Source: an uncultured Collinsella sp.
GTDB taxonomy: Bacteria; Actinomycetota; Coriobacteriia; Coriobacteriales; Coriobacteriaceae
Length of the DNA: 64,000 bases
Direction: 5' to 3'
NCBI GenBank assembly: GCA_900542335.1
Contig: UQNG01000002.1
Coordinates: 946-64,945, forward strand
The notes beneath the pieces were generated by a model. It saw nothing but the letters and a program-made list of their open reading frames with translations. It ran no database searches and had not been told where the DNA came from. A program made the position numbers and the translations under genes. This document shows, in pieces, positions 10,551 through 18,187 of this stretch; the first letter of the stretch is position 1; every line of letters starts with the position of its first letter.

Positions 10551-10775
10551 GCTTCGGGCAAATGAAAATACTTTACTTAGTTAAAGAAAAGCGTTTTATC
10601 AGACGCGTACGGGGAGTACAATCTCCTGCATGCGAATCGATGTGCCATGGGCTTTGGTGTTGCCCGCGTGTTCCGTCCGGCTCTACGCTCCGGGCGTGCG
10701 ACGTTGCGACGCGGTCGGCCTCGGTCCTTGCGTGCGAGTTCGCGAGTATGCAACTGTGTATGTAAGGAGCGACAT

Positions 10776-11828
10776 ATGACTGTCGAGAAGAAGGATATCG
10801 ATTGGGGTAGCCTCGGCTTTGGCTACATGAAGACCGATTACAGCTACGAGGCTCATTGGAAGGACGGCGAGTGGGACGAGGGCGGCCTGACCACCGACCA
10901 CACCTTGCATGTCTCCGAGTGCGGCGGCATCTTCCATTATTGCCAGGAGGTCTTTGAGGGCCTGAAGGCCTACACCGCCGAGGACGGCAGCATCGTCTGC
11001 TTCCGTCCCGACATGAACGCCGAGCGCATGTATAACTCTGCCCAGCGCCTCGAGATGCCCCCGTTCCCCAAGGACAAGTTCGTTGAGGCCGTTAAGCAGG
11101 TCGTTTCTGCCAACGCCGCCTGGGTTCCGCCCTTCGGCTCCGGTGCGACCCTGTACGTGCGTCCGTTTATGATCGGCTCCGGTGACGTGATCGGCGTGGC
11201 TCCCGCTCCTGAGTACACGTTCCGCATTCTCGTGACCCCGGTCGGTCCGTACTTTAAGGGCGGCCTTAAGCCCGTTAAGCTGCGCGTTTCCGAGTATGAC
11301 CGCGCGGCCCCGCATGGCACCGGCAATATCAAGGCCGGCCTGAACTACGCCATGTCCCTCAAGCCCACGATGGAGGCCCATCGCGAGGGCTATGCCGAGA
11401 ACCTGTATCTCGACTCCGAGTCCCGCACCTATGTCGAGGAGACCGGTGGCGCGAACGTTCTGTTCGTGAAGGAGGACGGCACCCTCGTCGTTCCTCAGTC
11501 GCACACCGACTCCATCCTGCCCTCCATCACCCGTCGCTCGCTCGTTCAGGTTGCCGAGGATTTGGGCATGACCGTCGACCAGCGTCCCGTCGAGTGGGCC
11601 GAGGTCAAGGCCGGCACCTTTGTGGAGTGCGGCCTGTGCGGCACCGCTGCCGTCATCTCCCCGGTGGGCGAGATCGACAACAAGGTCTACGGTGCCGATG
11701 AGACCGTGACTTTCCCGGCTGGCTGCACCGAGATCGGTCCCGTGATGAAGAAGCTCCGCGAAACCCTGACTGGTATCCAGTCCGGTGCTGTCGAGGATAA
11801 GCACAACTGGGTTTACACCGTGGCGTAA
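10776..11828 (+). CDS. ilvE: branched-chain amino acid aminotransferase
   Basis: HYCQEVFEGLKAY, LYVRPF, IKAGLNYA (PLP Lys), ILPSITR, GTAAVISP; RBS AAGGAG. Confidence 0.95.
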   Translation: MTVEKKDIDWGSLGFGYMKTDYSYEAHWKDGEWDEGGLTTDHTLHVSECGGIFHYCQEVFEGLKAYTAEDGSIVCFRPDMNAERMYNSAQRLEMPPFPKDKFVEAVKQVVSANAAWVPPFGSGATLYVRPFMIGSGDVIGVAPAPEYTFRILVTPVGPYFKGGLKPVKLRVSEYDRAAPHGTGNIKAGLNYAMSLKPTMEAHREGYAENLYLDSESRTYVEETGGANVLFVKEDGTLVVPQSHTDSILPSITRRSLVQVAEDLGMTVDQRPVEWAEVKAGTFVECGLCGTAAVISPVGEIDNKVYGADETVTFPAGCTEIGPVMKKLRETLTGIQSGAVEDKHNWVYTVA

Positions 11829-11856
11829 CCTGGCTTCGTAATTCTCATCAAGCCCT

Positions 11857-11985
11857 GACCGAGGCGGACCGGCCTATCTCCCGGCGCGTCCTCGGACATG
11901 AAAGAACCTCCGCTGCGCACTACGTGCGGCGGAGGTTCTTTCGTCCTGTGGAATGCGCCGGGAGATAGGGCGGTCCGCCTCGGTC
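11857..11985. repeat. 129-bp imperfect hairpin element
   Basis: GACCGAGGCGGACC/GGTCCGCCTCGGTC outer arms with nested paired segments. Confidence 0.8.
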
Positions 11986-12071
11986 GAGTGCTCTGCATTC
12001 CTTGCCAGGAGGTTACTGGGCTGTAGGGAAGATGGTGCGCGGCCTTTTGGCCGCGCGTTGTGCGTGGATAA

Positions 12072-12103
12072 GAAAAGGGCCCAAGGTTTGTGCCTTGGAC
12101 CCC
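12072..12103 (-). terminator. intrinsic terminator of lemA
   Basis: Minus strand: GGGTCCAAGG-loop-CCTTGGGCCC-TTTT. Confidence 0.65.
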
Positions 12104-12142
12104 AAAGGGTTGATGAGCTGGCTTAAGACTCGGCCGTGATTG

Positions 12143-12694
12143 TTAGAACTTGACGGTCGGTGCCTGGCGGGCTGCCTCGGCGGCCTCGAAGCCCTGGCGC
12201 TCCTTAAACTGGAAGATGCCGGCAAAGATAACAGCCGGGAACGTCTGAATGGCGTTGTTGTAGCTGAGCACGCAGTCGTTGTAGCTCTGGCGCGCGTAGC
12301 TCACCTTGTTCTCGGTGTCCTCGAGTGTGGACTGGAGCTGCGTAAAGTTGGTGTTCGCCTTAAGGTCGGGGTAGGCCTCGGCCACGGCAAAGAGCTGGCG
12401 CAGCGCACCGGTCAGCACGTTGTCCGCTTCCATCTTGGCCTCGGGGGTGGTGGCGCTCACGGCGGCGTTGCGTGCGTTGACTACGGCGGCGAGCGTGTCC
12501 TGCTCGTGCTTGGCGTAGCCCTTGACGGTCTCGACCAGGTTAGGGATCAGGTCGTTGCGGCGCTGCAGCTGCGTGTCGATGTTCTGCCAAGCGTTATCGA
12601 TGCGATTGCGCTTGGTGACCATGTTGTTGTAGATGCCGGCGATGGCACAGGCAATCACAACGAGAACAACGATACCGATGATGACGGGAAGCAT
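12143..12694 (-). CDS. lemA: LemA family protein
   Basis: N-terminal TM, LQRRNDLIPNLVETVKGY, EAYPDLKAN, ARQSYN. Confidence 0.95.
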   Translation of the reverse strand: MLPVIIGIVVLVVIACAIAGIYNNMVTKRNRIDNAWQNIDTQLQRRNDLIPNLVETVKGYAKHEQDTLAAVVNARNAAVSATTPEAKMEADNVLTGALRQLFAVAEAYPDLKANTNFTQLQSTLEDTENKVSYARQSYNDCVLSYNNAIQTFPAVIFAGIFQFKERQGFEAAEAARQAPTVKF

Positions 12695-12905
12695 GATGTC
12701 TCCGTTTCGAATGGCAGCGGCGTCTTGCGCCGGCCGTTGTTGGTATAACACATCTAGTATACCCGCAACCTTTGGCGGTGCCGAACTTTCCGGTAAGCGT
12801 TATGTTTCAACCGGGAAGGAGGCACCAATATGGAACGGGTGGTACAGGTGTAAGATATGCGACAAATTAAGGAATGCTGTCTACGCCTTGAGGATGGCGA
12901 TACGG

Positions 12906-13490
12906 ATGGACCTTCGCATCAAGAAAACCTATCGTGCCCTGTTCGATGCCTTTACCGAGCTATTGGAAGAGCATCGGTTTGAGGATTTGACGGTTGCTAT
13001 GCTTTGCGACCGTGCCCTGATTCGCCGCACGACGTTCTATAAGCATTTTCGCGATAAAAACGATTACTTTGCCTTCTATATCGATGAGCTTATGACGGGC
13101 TTGCCGCAAAACCGGACCGATGCAGCGGATGCGGAGCCGCTTGATGACGTACGGGCGCTTCGCCATGAGGTCTTTGACGATGCCATGAATATGATTCTGG
13201 CGCATGAGCAGCTCATGGATAACCTTTTGGCCAGCAGCATGTCGGGCATGCTGACCGGCATGATTTGCGACCGCATTGCGCGTTCCATCCGCGAGCGTGT
13301 GATGAGCTCGCTTGCCGAAGATGCCCTGGCGCCCGTTTCGCTCGAGACAACATCGGAGTTTATCGCCGGTGGCATTATTCGACTGTTCACAAATTGGTGG
13401 GAATCGGGCCACGATCTTGAGCGTCGACCCGAGATAGCCGACGTGGTCGATGCGCTGTTTGAGCGCACCATGACGCCGGTGAATCACTAA
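12906..13490 (+). CDS. TetR/AcrR family transcriptional regulator
   Basis: MDLRIKKT...LTVAMLCDRALIRRTTFYKHFRDK HTH; alternative start at 12894. Confidence 0.9.
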   Translation: MDLRIKKTYRALFDAFTELLEEHRFEDLTVAMLCDRALIRRTTFYKHFRDKNDYFAFYIDELMTGLPQNRTDAADAEPLDDVRALRHEVFDDAMNMILAHEQLMDNLLASSMSGMLTGMICDRIARSIRERVMSSLAEDALAPVSLETTSEFIAGGIIRLFTNWWESGHDLERRPEIADVVDALFERTMTPVNH

Positions 13491-13492
13491 GG

Positions 13493-13582
13493 TGGCGGAG
13501 AGAGGGGGATTCGAACCCCCGGAACGCTCTCGCGCTCAACGGTTTTCAAGACCGCCGCATTCAACCGCTCTGCCATCTCTCC
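13493..13582 (-). tRNA. tRNA-Ser (anticodon UGA)
   Basis: GGAGAGATGGCAGAGCGGTTGAATGCGGCGGTCTTGAAAACCG, long variable arm, GGTTCGAATCC, encoded CCA; 90 nt. Confidence 0.97.
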
Positions 13583-13633
13583 GTGAGTCGTAATGATAGC
13601 ATCGTTTTGAATTTGCAACAGGGAAGGCGAACG

Positions 13634-15415
13634 ATGACGATCACCGAAATCGACGAGAAGTTCATGCGTGAGGCGCTGGCGGAGGCATGCGCCGCCGCGG
13701 CGGTGGGCGAGGTGCCAATCGGTGCCGTGGTGGTACGCGCGGGCGAGATTGTCGCGAGGGCGCATAATCGCCGCGAACTCGACCAGGATCCTTCGGCTCA
13801 TGCCGAGTTTGCGGCCGTGTGCGCTGCTGCCCAGACGCTTGGACGCTGGCGCCTTTCCGATTGCACGGTCTACGTGACGCTCGAGCCCTGCTGCATGTGT
13901 GCGGGGCTTATGGTTAACGCGCGCGTGGGACGTTGCGTGTATGGCGCGGACGATGCCAAGGCGGGCGCGCTGGGCTCGCTGTACGACCTCAATGCCGATT
14001 CGCGCCTGAACCATCGGTTTAACGTAAATGCCGGCGTGCTGGCGGATGAGTGCCGTGAGGTGTTGAGCGGCTATTTTAGTGGGCTGCGTGGCGCCGATGG
14101 TGCTGGCCGCGGTTGCGGGGCCGATCTTGAGGCACATGCTGCTCATGCCGAGGCGCTCGCGTGTGCCGAAGATATTGCCGTTGAGGCGGTCGATTTTGGT
14201 GCCGCGTGCCGCCGGCCCCGCCGTGTGCTGTTGGCGATCGATTCCTTTAAGGGCAGCGTTTCGAGCGCGCAGGCAGAGGCGGCCGTTGCCGAAGGCGTGC
14301 GTCGCGTTTGGCCCGATGCCGAGGCGTGCACATTGCCGCTGGCAGATGGTGGCGAGGGAACGCTCGATGCCATTGCCGCGCGCGGTGGCGAGCTCTCAAC
14401 CTGCGAGGTTGCAGGCCCCTTGGGCGATCGCGTGTCTGCCCGGATGCTGGTGGACGGCGAGCACGAGTCGGCTGTAATTGAGATGGCCGAAGCGGCGGGT
14501 ATTGGGTATTCACCCTGCACGGAATCGGCGGCGCTTGCGGCTTCGACCTATGGCGTGGGCCAGCTGATGCTTCGTGCGGTTCGCGCGGGTGCAAAGACTA
14601 TCTATATTGGCTTGGGCGGCAGTGCCACCAACGACGGTGGCGCCGGCATGCTGCAGGCGCTGGGCGCCCACCTTGTCGATGAGTGTGACTGCAATATCGC
14701 CCCCGGTCTCACAGGCCTTGAACACGTGGCGAGTATCGATTTGACACCGGCGCTTGGGGCGCTGAATGGCGCGCACGTCGTGGTGCTTTCCGATGTCGAG
14801 AATCCGCTCGTGGGGCGCCGCGGTGCACTAGCGGTGTTCGGTGGGCAGAAGGGCCTGCCGGCGGGGGATGCCGAGGCGCTGAGCAGGTACGATGGCTGGA
14901 TGGTCGGCTATGGTCGCCTGCTCGATGCGGCGATTGCCGGGGTGCGAGCTCAGGGGTTGTTGCGTGCGCCCGAGGGCGCACGGACATTTGGCTCGGTGCT
15001 CGGTGTGCCTGGTGCCGGTGCCGCGGGCGGTCTGGGTGCCGCGCTACTGGCGCTCGGGGCTGAGCTGCGTTCGGGCGTAGAGACGGTGCTCGATCTGATT
15101 GGGTTTGACGAGCGCGTGCGTGTTGTCGACCTGGTCATAACGGGCGAGGGCAATATGGATGAACAGTCCGCCGCCGGTAAGGCACCGGTGGGCGTGGCCC
15201 GTCGTGCGAAGCGATATGGCAAGCCGGTGGTCGCCGTCGTGGGCGGTCGTGCTGACAACCTGGATGCGGTGTGTGAGCAGGGTATTGACTTGGTTTTGCC
15301 GATTTGCCGCAGACCCATGCCCCTTGACCAAGCGCTCGACCCCCAGGAAGCCACAACCAACCTCATCTGCGCCGGTGAAGCCGCCGCCCAAGCCTTCGAC
15401 CTTGGCCGCATCTAA
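13634..15415 (+). CDS. tadA: tRNA adenosine(34) deaminase TadA fused to glycerate kinase
   Basis: N-terminal GEVPIGAV, AHAE, TLEPCCMC; C-terminal DSFKGS, PLADGGEGT, GLGGSATNDGGAG, GAAGGLG, TGEG; one continuous frame. Confidence 0.88.
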   Translation: MTITEIDEKFMREALAEACAAAAVGEVPIGAVVVRAGEIVARAHNRRELDQDPSAHAEFAAVCAAAQTLGRWRLSDCTVYVTLEPCCMCAGLMVNARVGRCVYGADDAKAGALGSLYDLNADSRLNHRFNVNAGVLADECREVLSGYFSGLRGADGAGRGCGADLEAHAAHAEALACAEDIAVEAVDFGAACRRPRRVLLAIDSFKGSVSSAQAEAAVAEGVRRVWPDAEACTLPLADGGEGTLDAIAARGGELSTCEVAGPLGDRVSARMLVDGEHESAVIEMAEAAGIGYSPCTESAALAASTYGVGQLMLRAVRAGAKTIYIGLGGSATNDGGAGMLQALGAHLVDECDCNIAPGLTGLEHVASIDLTPALGALNGAHVVVLSDVENPLVGRRGALAVFGGQKGLPAGDAEALSRYDGWMVGYGRLLDAAIAGVRAQGLLRAPEGARTFGSVLGVPGAGAAGGLGAALLALGAELRSGVETVLDLIGFDERVRVVDLVITGEGNMDEQSAAGKAPVGVARRAKRYGKPVVAVVGGRADNLDAVCEQGIDLVLPICRRPMPLDQALDPQEATTNLICAGEAAAQAFDLGRI

Positions 15416-15432
15416 AACCCATTTCCTCGATA

Positions 15433-15500
15433 AGTCGCGGTGAAATACGGAGTGTTTTTGCCTTTAAGGTGCCAATTCAGTCCGTATTCCACCGCAACTT
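15433..15500. repeat. GCGGTGAAATA...TATTCCACCGC hairpin family (copy 1)
   Basis: Matches 43874-43940. Confidence 0.7.
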
Positions 15501-15563
15501 CGTGAATGGCCATCCGAGGCTGGCTACCTTGGGCCTTGGGTCGGACCGTCCGCCATGAAATGC

Positions 15564-15700
15564 GGCCATCTACTACGTCTAGCCGAGCATCCTCGGCCAT
15601 CCCGTAATATGCGAAAATAAAACCGCAGGTAGACGGCTTGCCGATTTTCGGAAAAGCCGGCTATGGTTGACCCCTGCGGACTAAACGTAGTAGATAGGCC
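15564..15700 (-). repeat. MITE-like element, ACTACG/CGTAGT-arm family (copy 1)
   Basis: Arms GGCCATCTACTACGTCTAG / CTAAACGTAGTAGATAGGCC; core AAAACCGCAGGTAGACGGCTTGCCGATTTTCGGAAAA. Confidence 0.7.
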
Positions 15701-15730
15701 CCCTTCGTGGCACGGCGTCAGACAAGTCTT

Positions 15731-15800
15731 TTTGGGACGGGGCTATTTTGACTACTTGTCGATTTGATTGCCCAAGTAGTCAAAATAGCCCCGTCCCAAA
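15731..15800. repeat. perfect 28-bp inverted repeat with 14-nt loop
   Basis: TTTGGGACGGGGCTATTTTGACTACTTG / CAAGTAGTCAAAATAGCCCCGTCCCAAA. Confidence 0.9.
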
Positions 15801-15809
15801 TTAGCTGTC

Positions 15810-15838
15810 TTGCCCCATCGGGCGGGAGCAGGTAAGAT
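15810..15838 (+). promoter_or_regulatory. putative SRP RNA promoter
   Basis: TTGCCC-N17-TAAGAT about 7 nt upstream of the SRP stem. Confidence 0.6.
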
Positions 15839-15845
15839 ATATCGA

Positions 15846-15989
15846 GCGCCTAGCGCGTTCGATGGGTTCGGATGACGACATGTTCCGAATCTGGTCAGGT
15901 CCGGAAGGAAGCAGCCATAAGGAGCCTCTGTCCGCAGGGGCCAGAAGGAGCGTCTGTGGGGCATCCGAATCCATCGAGCGCACGGGCGT
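15846..15989 (+). ncRNA. ffs: signal recognition particle RNA (small bacterial type)
   Basis: Helix-8 signature TCAGGTCCGGAAGGAAGCAGC; terminal stem GCGTTCGATGGGTTCGGATG/CATCCGAATCCATCGAGCGC; T-run after; tadA-SRP RNA synteny as in B. subtilis. Confidence 0.92.
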
Positions 15990-16007
15990 TTTTTGGTGCC
16001 GCGACAT

Positions 16008-16102
16008 GGCCCGGCCGGCGGCGAGGTATTTGGTGTCTCGCTGGTCCTCGGCTTTGCCTGCGGGATCGCTCGACTACCAAACACCTCGCCGCCGGCCGGG
16101 CC
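16008..16102. repeat. 95-bp hairpin element
   Basis: GGCCCGGCCGGCGGCGAGGTATTTGGT / ACCAAACACCTCGCCGCCGGCCGGGCC arms. Confidence 0.8.
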
Positions 16103-16330
16103 CCGTCGTCCAAAAATCACCCGTAAAGGCGCGTTAATCTGAACAATTCAATCCCTTGTCTAGTGCTGCTCATTGGCTTTGCCAAAACATGTTCGGGCGC
16201 TTTGCCTCTGTGCCTAGTTTCCTGATTGTTTCGGGGGCTTGTTCTGTAACGAGTTGCTTACGCATCTCCAGGGCTCTCCGTACTATCATGAATCAGATTG
16301 AAGAGAGATGATGATAGGGAGCGCCTATAC

Positions 16331-18187
16331 ATGATTGAGCTGCTCAGGCGTTTTGGTGGTAAGTTTCGCCGGTATATGGTAATTGGTCCTGCGTGCAAGC
16401 TGATCGAAGTGATCTTTGACCTGCTGACGCCGCTGGTGATTGCCCAGATGATCGATAAGGGCATCGGCGCATGCGATGTGAACGCCGTTATTCACTACGG
16501 TATGGTGCTTGGCGCCATGGCTGTGATCGGCATCTCGTTTACGCTTGTTTGCCAAAAGATGGCGGCGCTCACCTCGCAGGGCATGGGCACCGACATTCGC
16601 GGTGCGCTTTACCAGCACATCAATAAGCTGAGCTATGCCGAACTCGACCGCTTTGGCACGCCGTCGCTTATCACCCGCATCACCAACGACGTCAACCAGG
16701 TGCAGCTTGCCGTGGCGCTGGGCGTGCGTATGCTCATCCGCTGGCCTTTCCTGGCGGTGGGCTCCATGGTCGCGGCCCTCGCCATCGACCTTAAGCTCGG
16801 CATCATCTTTTTGATTTGCACGCCCGCCATCGGCTTGGTGTTTTGGTTTGTCATGGCGCGCTGCATTCCGTATTACAAGCAGCTGCAGGCAAAGCTCGAC
16901 CGTATCGCGCTTATCTGCCGCGAGGGCCTTTCGGGCGCTCGCGTGGTTCGTGCCTTTGTGCGCGAGGACCACGAGCGCAAGCGTTTTGCCGAAGCCGCCG
17001 ACGACCAGGCCCATACCGCCATCGCGGTGGGCAAGCTCTCGTCGATCCTTAACCCCGTCACGTTTTTGGTGATGAACCTGGGCGTGTGCGCCATCCTGTG
17101 GGTGGGCGGCATCCAGGTCAACGTGGGTGAGCTCACGCAGGGCCAGGTCATGGCGTTTGTTAACTACATGACGCAGACGCTCACCTCTATCGTGTACGTC
17201 GCCAACCTGGTCGTGGTCTTTACCAAGGCGAGCGCCAGCGCGTCGCGCATCAATGAGGTGCTCAACTGCGAGCCGAGCATCACCGACGAGGGCAACCAGC
17301 CGGTCGCGCTGCCCGAGCCGAGCGAACTGGCGGGTGGCTCGGCTCCAGTCCCCGCGCTGAGCTTTGACCATGCGAGCTTTTCGTTTGGCGCGGGCGCGGC
17401 AAATGCCGTGAGCGATGTGACCCTGAAGCTGCCACTGGGCAAAACGCTCGGCATTATCGGCGGTACAGGCAGCGGTAAGTCCACGCTTGTCTCGCTTATC
17501 CCGCGCCTGTACGATGCGAGCGCCGGCAGCGTGAGCGTGATGGGCGCCGACGTGCGCGCCTGGCCGCTCGACCAGCTGCGCCGTGTGGTCGCGACCGTCC
17601 CACAGCGCGCGTCGCTGGTGAGCGGCACCATCCGCAGCAACCTGACCTGGCGCGATGAGGCGGCAACCGACGAGGAACTCTGGGCGGCACTCGACATGGC
17701 GCAGGCGAGCGAGTTCGTGCGCAACAAGCCGCAGGGGCTCGATGCCCCGGTCGAGGCCGGCGGCAGCAACTCCGGCGGTGGCCAGCGTCAGCGTCTGACT
17801 ATCGCGCGCGCCTTGGTGGGCTCGCCGCAGGTTCTGATCATGGACGACTCCGCCTCGGCGCTCGACTTTAAGACCGATGCGGCGCTTCGCCATGCTATTC
17901 GCGAGCGCAGCGTGCGCGGTGCCGCCGAGGGCGGGCTGCCGCTGACCACGGTGATTGTGAGCCAGCGCGTCTCGACCGTGCGCGACGCCGACATGATCTG
18001 CGTACTCGACCACGGCTCGGTTGCGGGCCTGGGCACGCACGATGAACTGTACACGACCTGCCAGCTCTATCGCGAGATCTGCCAGTCGCAGCTTCGCCGC
18101 GAGGAGCTCGAGGGCCAGCAGGGGAGTGCGGCGCTCGTGCCCGCTCCAACCGCCCCCGCATCCGTCTGCACAAAGGAGGGCTGCTAA
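16331..18187 (+). CDS. heterodimeric ABC exporter subunit (degenerate Walker B, atypical signature)
   Basis: GGTGSGKS, NSGGGQRQR, IMDDSASALD, VSQR; RBS AGGGAG. Confidence 0.93.
   Translation: MIELLRRFGGKFRRYMVIGPACKLIEVIFDLLTPLVIAQMIDKGIGACDVNAVIHYGMVLGAMAVIGISFTLVCQKMAALTSQGMGTDIRGALYQHINKLSYAELDRFGTPSLITRITNDVNQVQLAVALGVRMLIRWPFLAVGSMVAALAIDLKLGIIFLICTPAIGLVFWFVMARCIPYYKQLQAKLDRIALICREGLSGARVVRAFVREDHERKRFAEAADDQAHTAIAVGKLSSILNPVTFLVMNLGVCAILWVGGIQVNVGELTQGQVMAFVNYMTQTLTSIVYVANLVVVFTKASASASRINEVLNCEPSITDEGNQPVALPEPSELAGGSAPVPALSFDHASFSFGAGAANAVSDVTLKLPLGKTLGIIGGTGSGKSTLVSLIPRLYDASAGSVSVMGADVRAWPLDQLRRVVATVPQRASLVSGTIRSNLTWRDEAATDEELWAALDMAQASEFVRNKPQGLDAPVEAGGSNSGGGQRQRLTIARALVGSPQVLIMDDSASALDFKTDAALRHAIRERSVRGAAEGGLPLTTVIVSQRVSTVRDADMICVLDHGSVAGLGTHDELYTTCQLYREICQSQLRREELEGQQGSAALVPAPTAPASVCTKEGC

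Noticed and set aside
10560..10775. T-box or attenuator upstream of ilvE
   Set aside because: No T-box consensus, leader peptide or terminator was recognisable
13490..13582. tRNA-Ser as the attachment site of an integrated element
   Set aside because: No duplicate of the tRNA 3' end and no integrase was seen in the window
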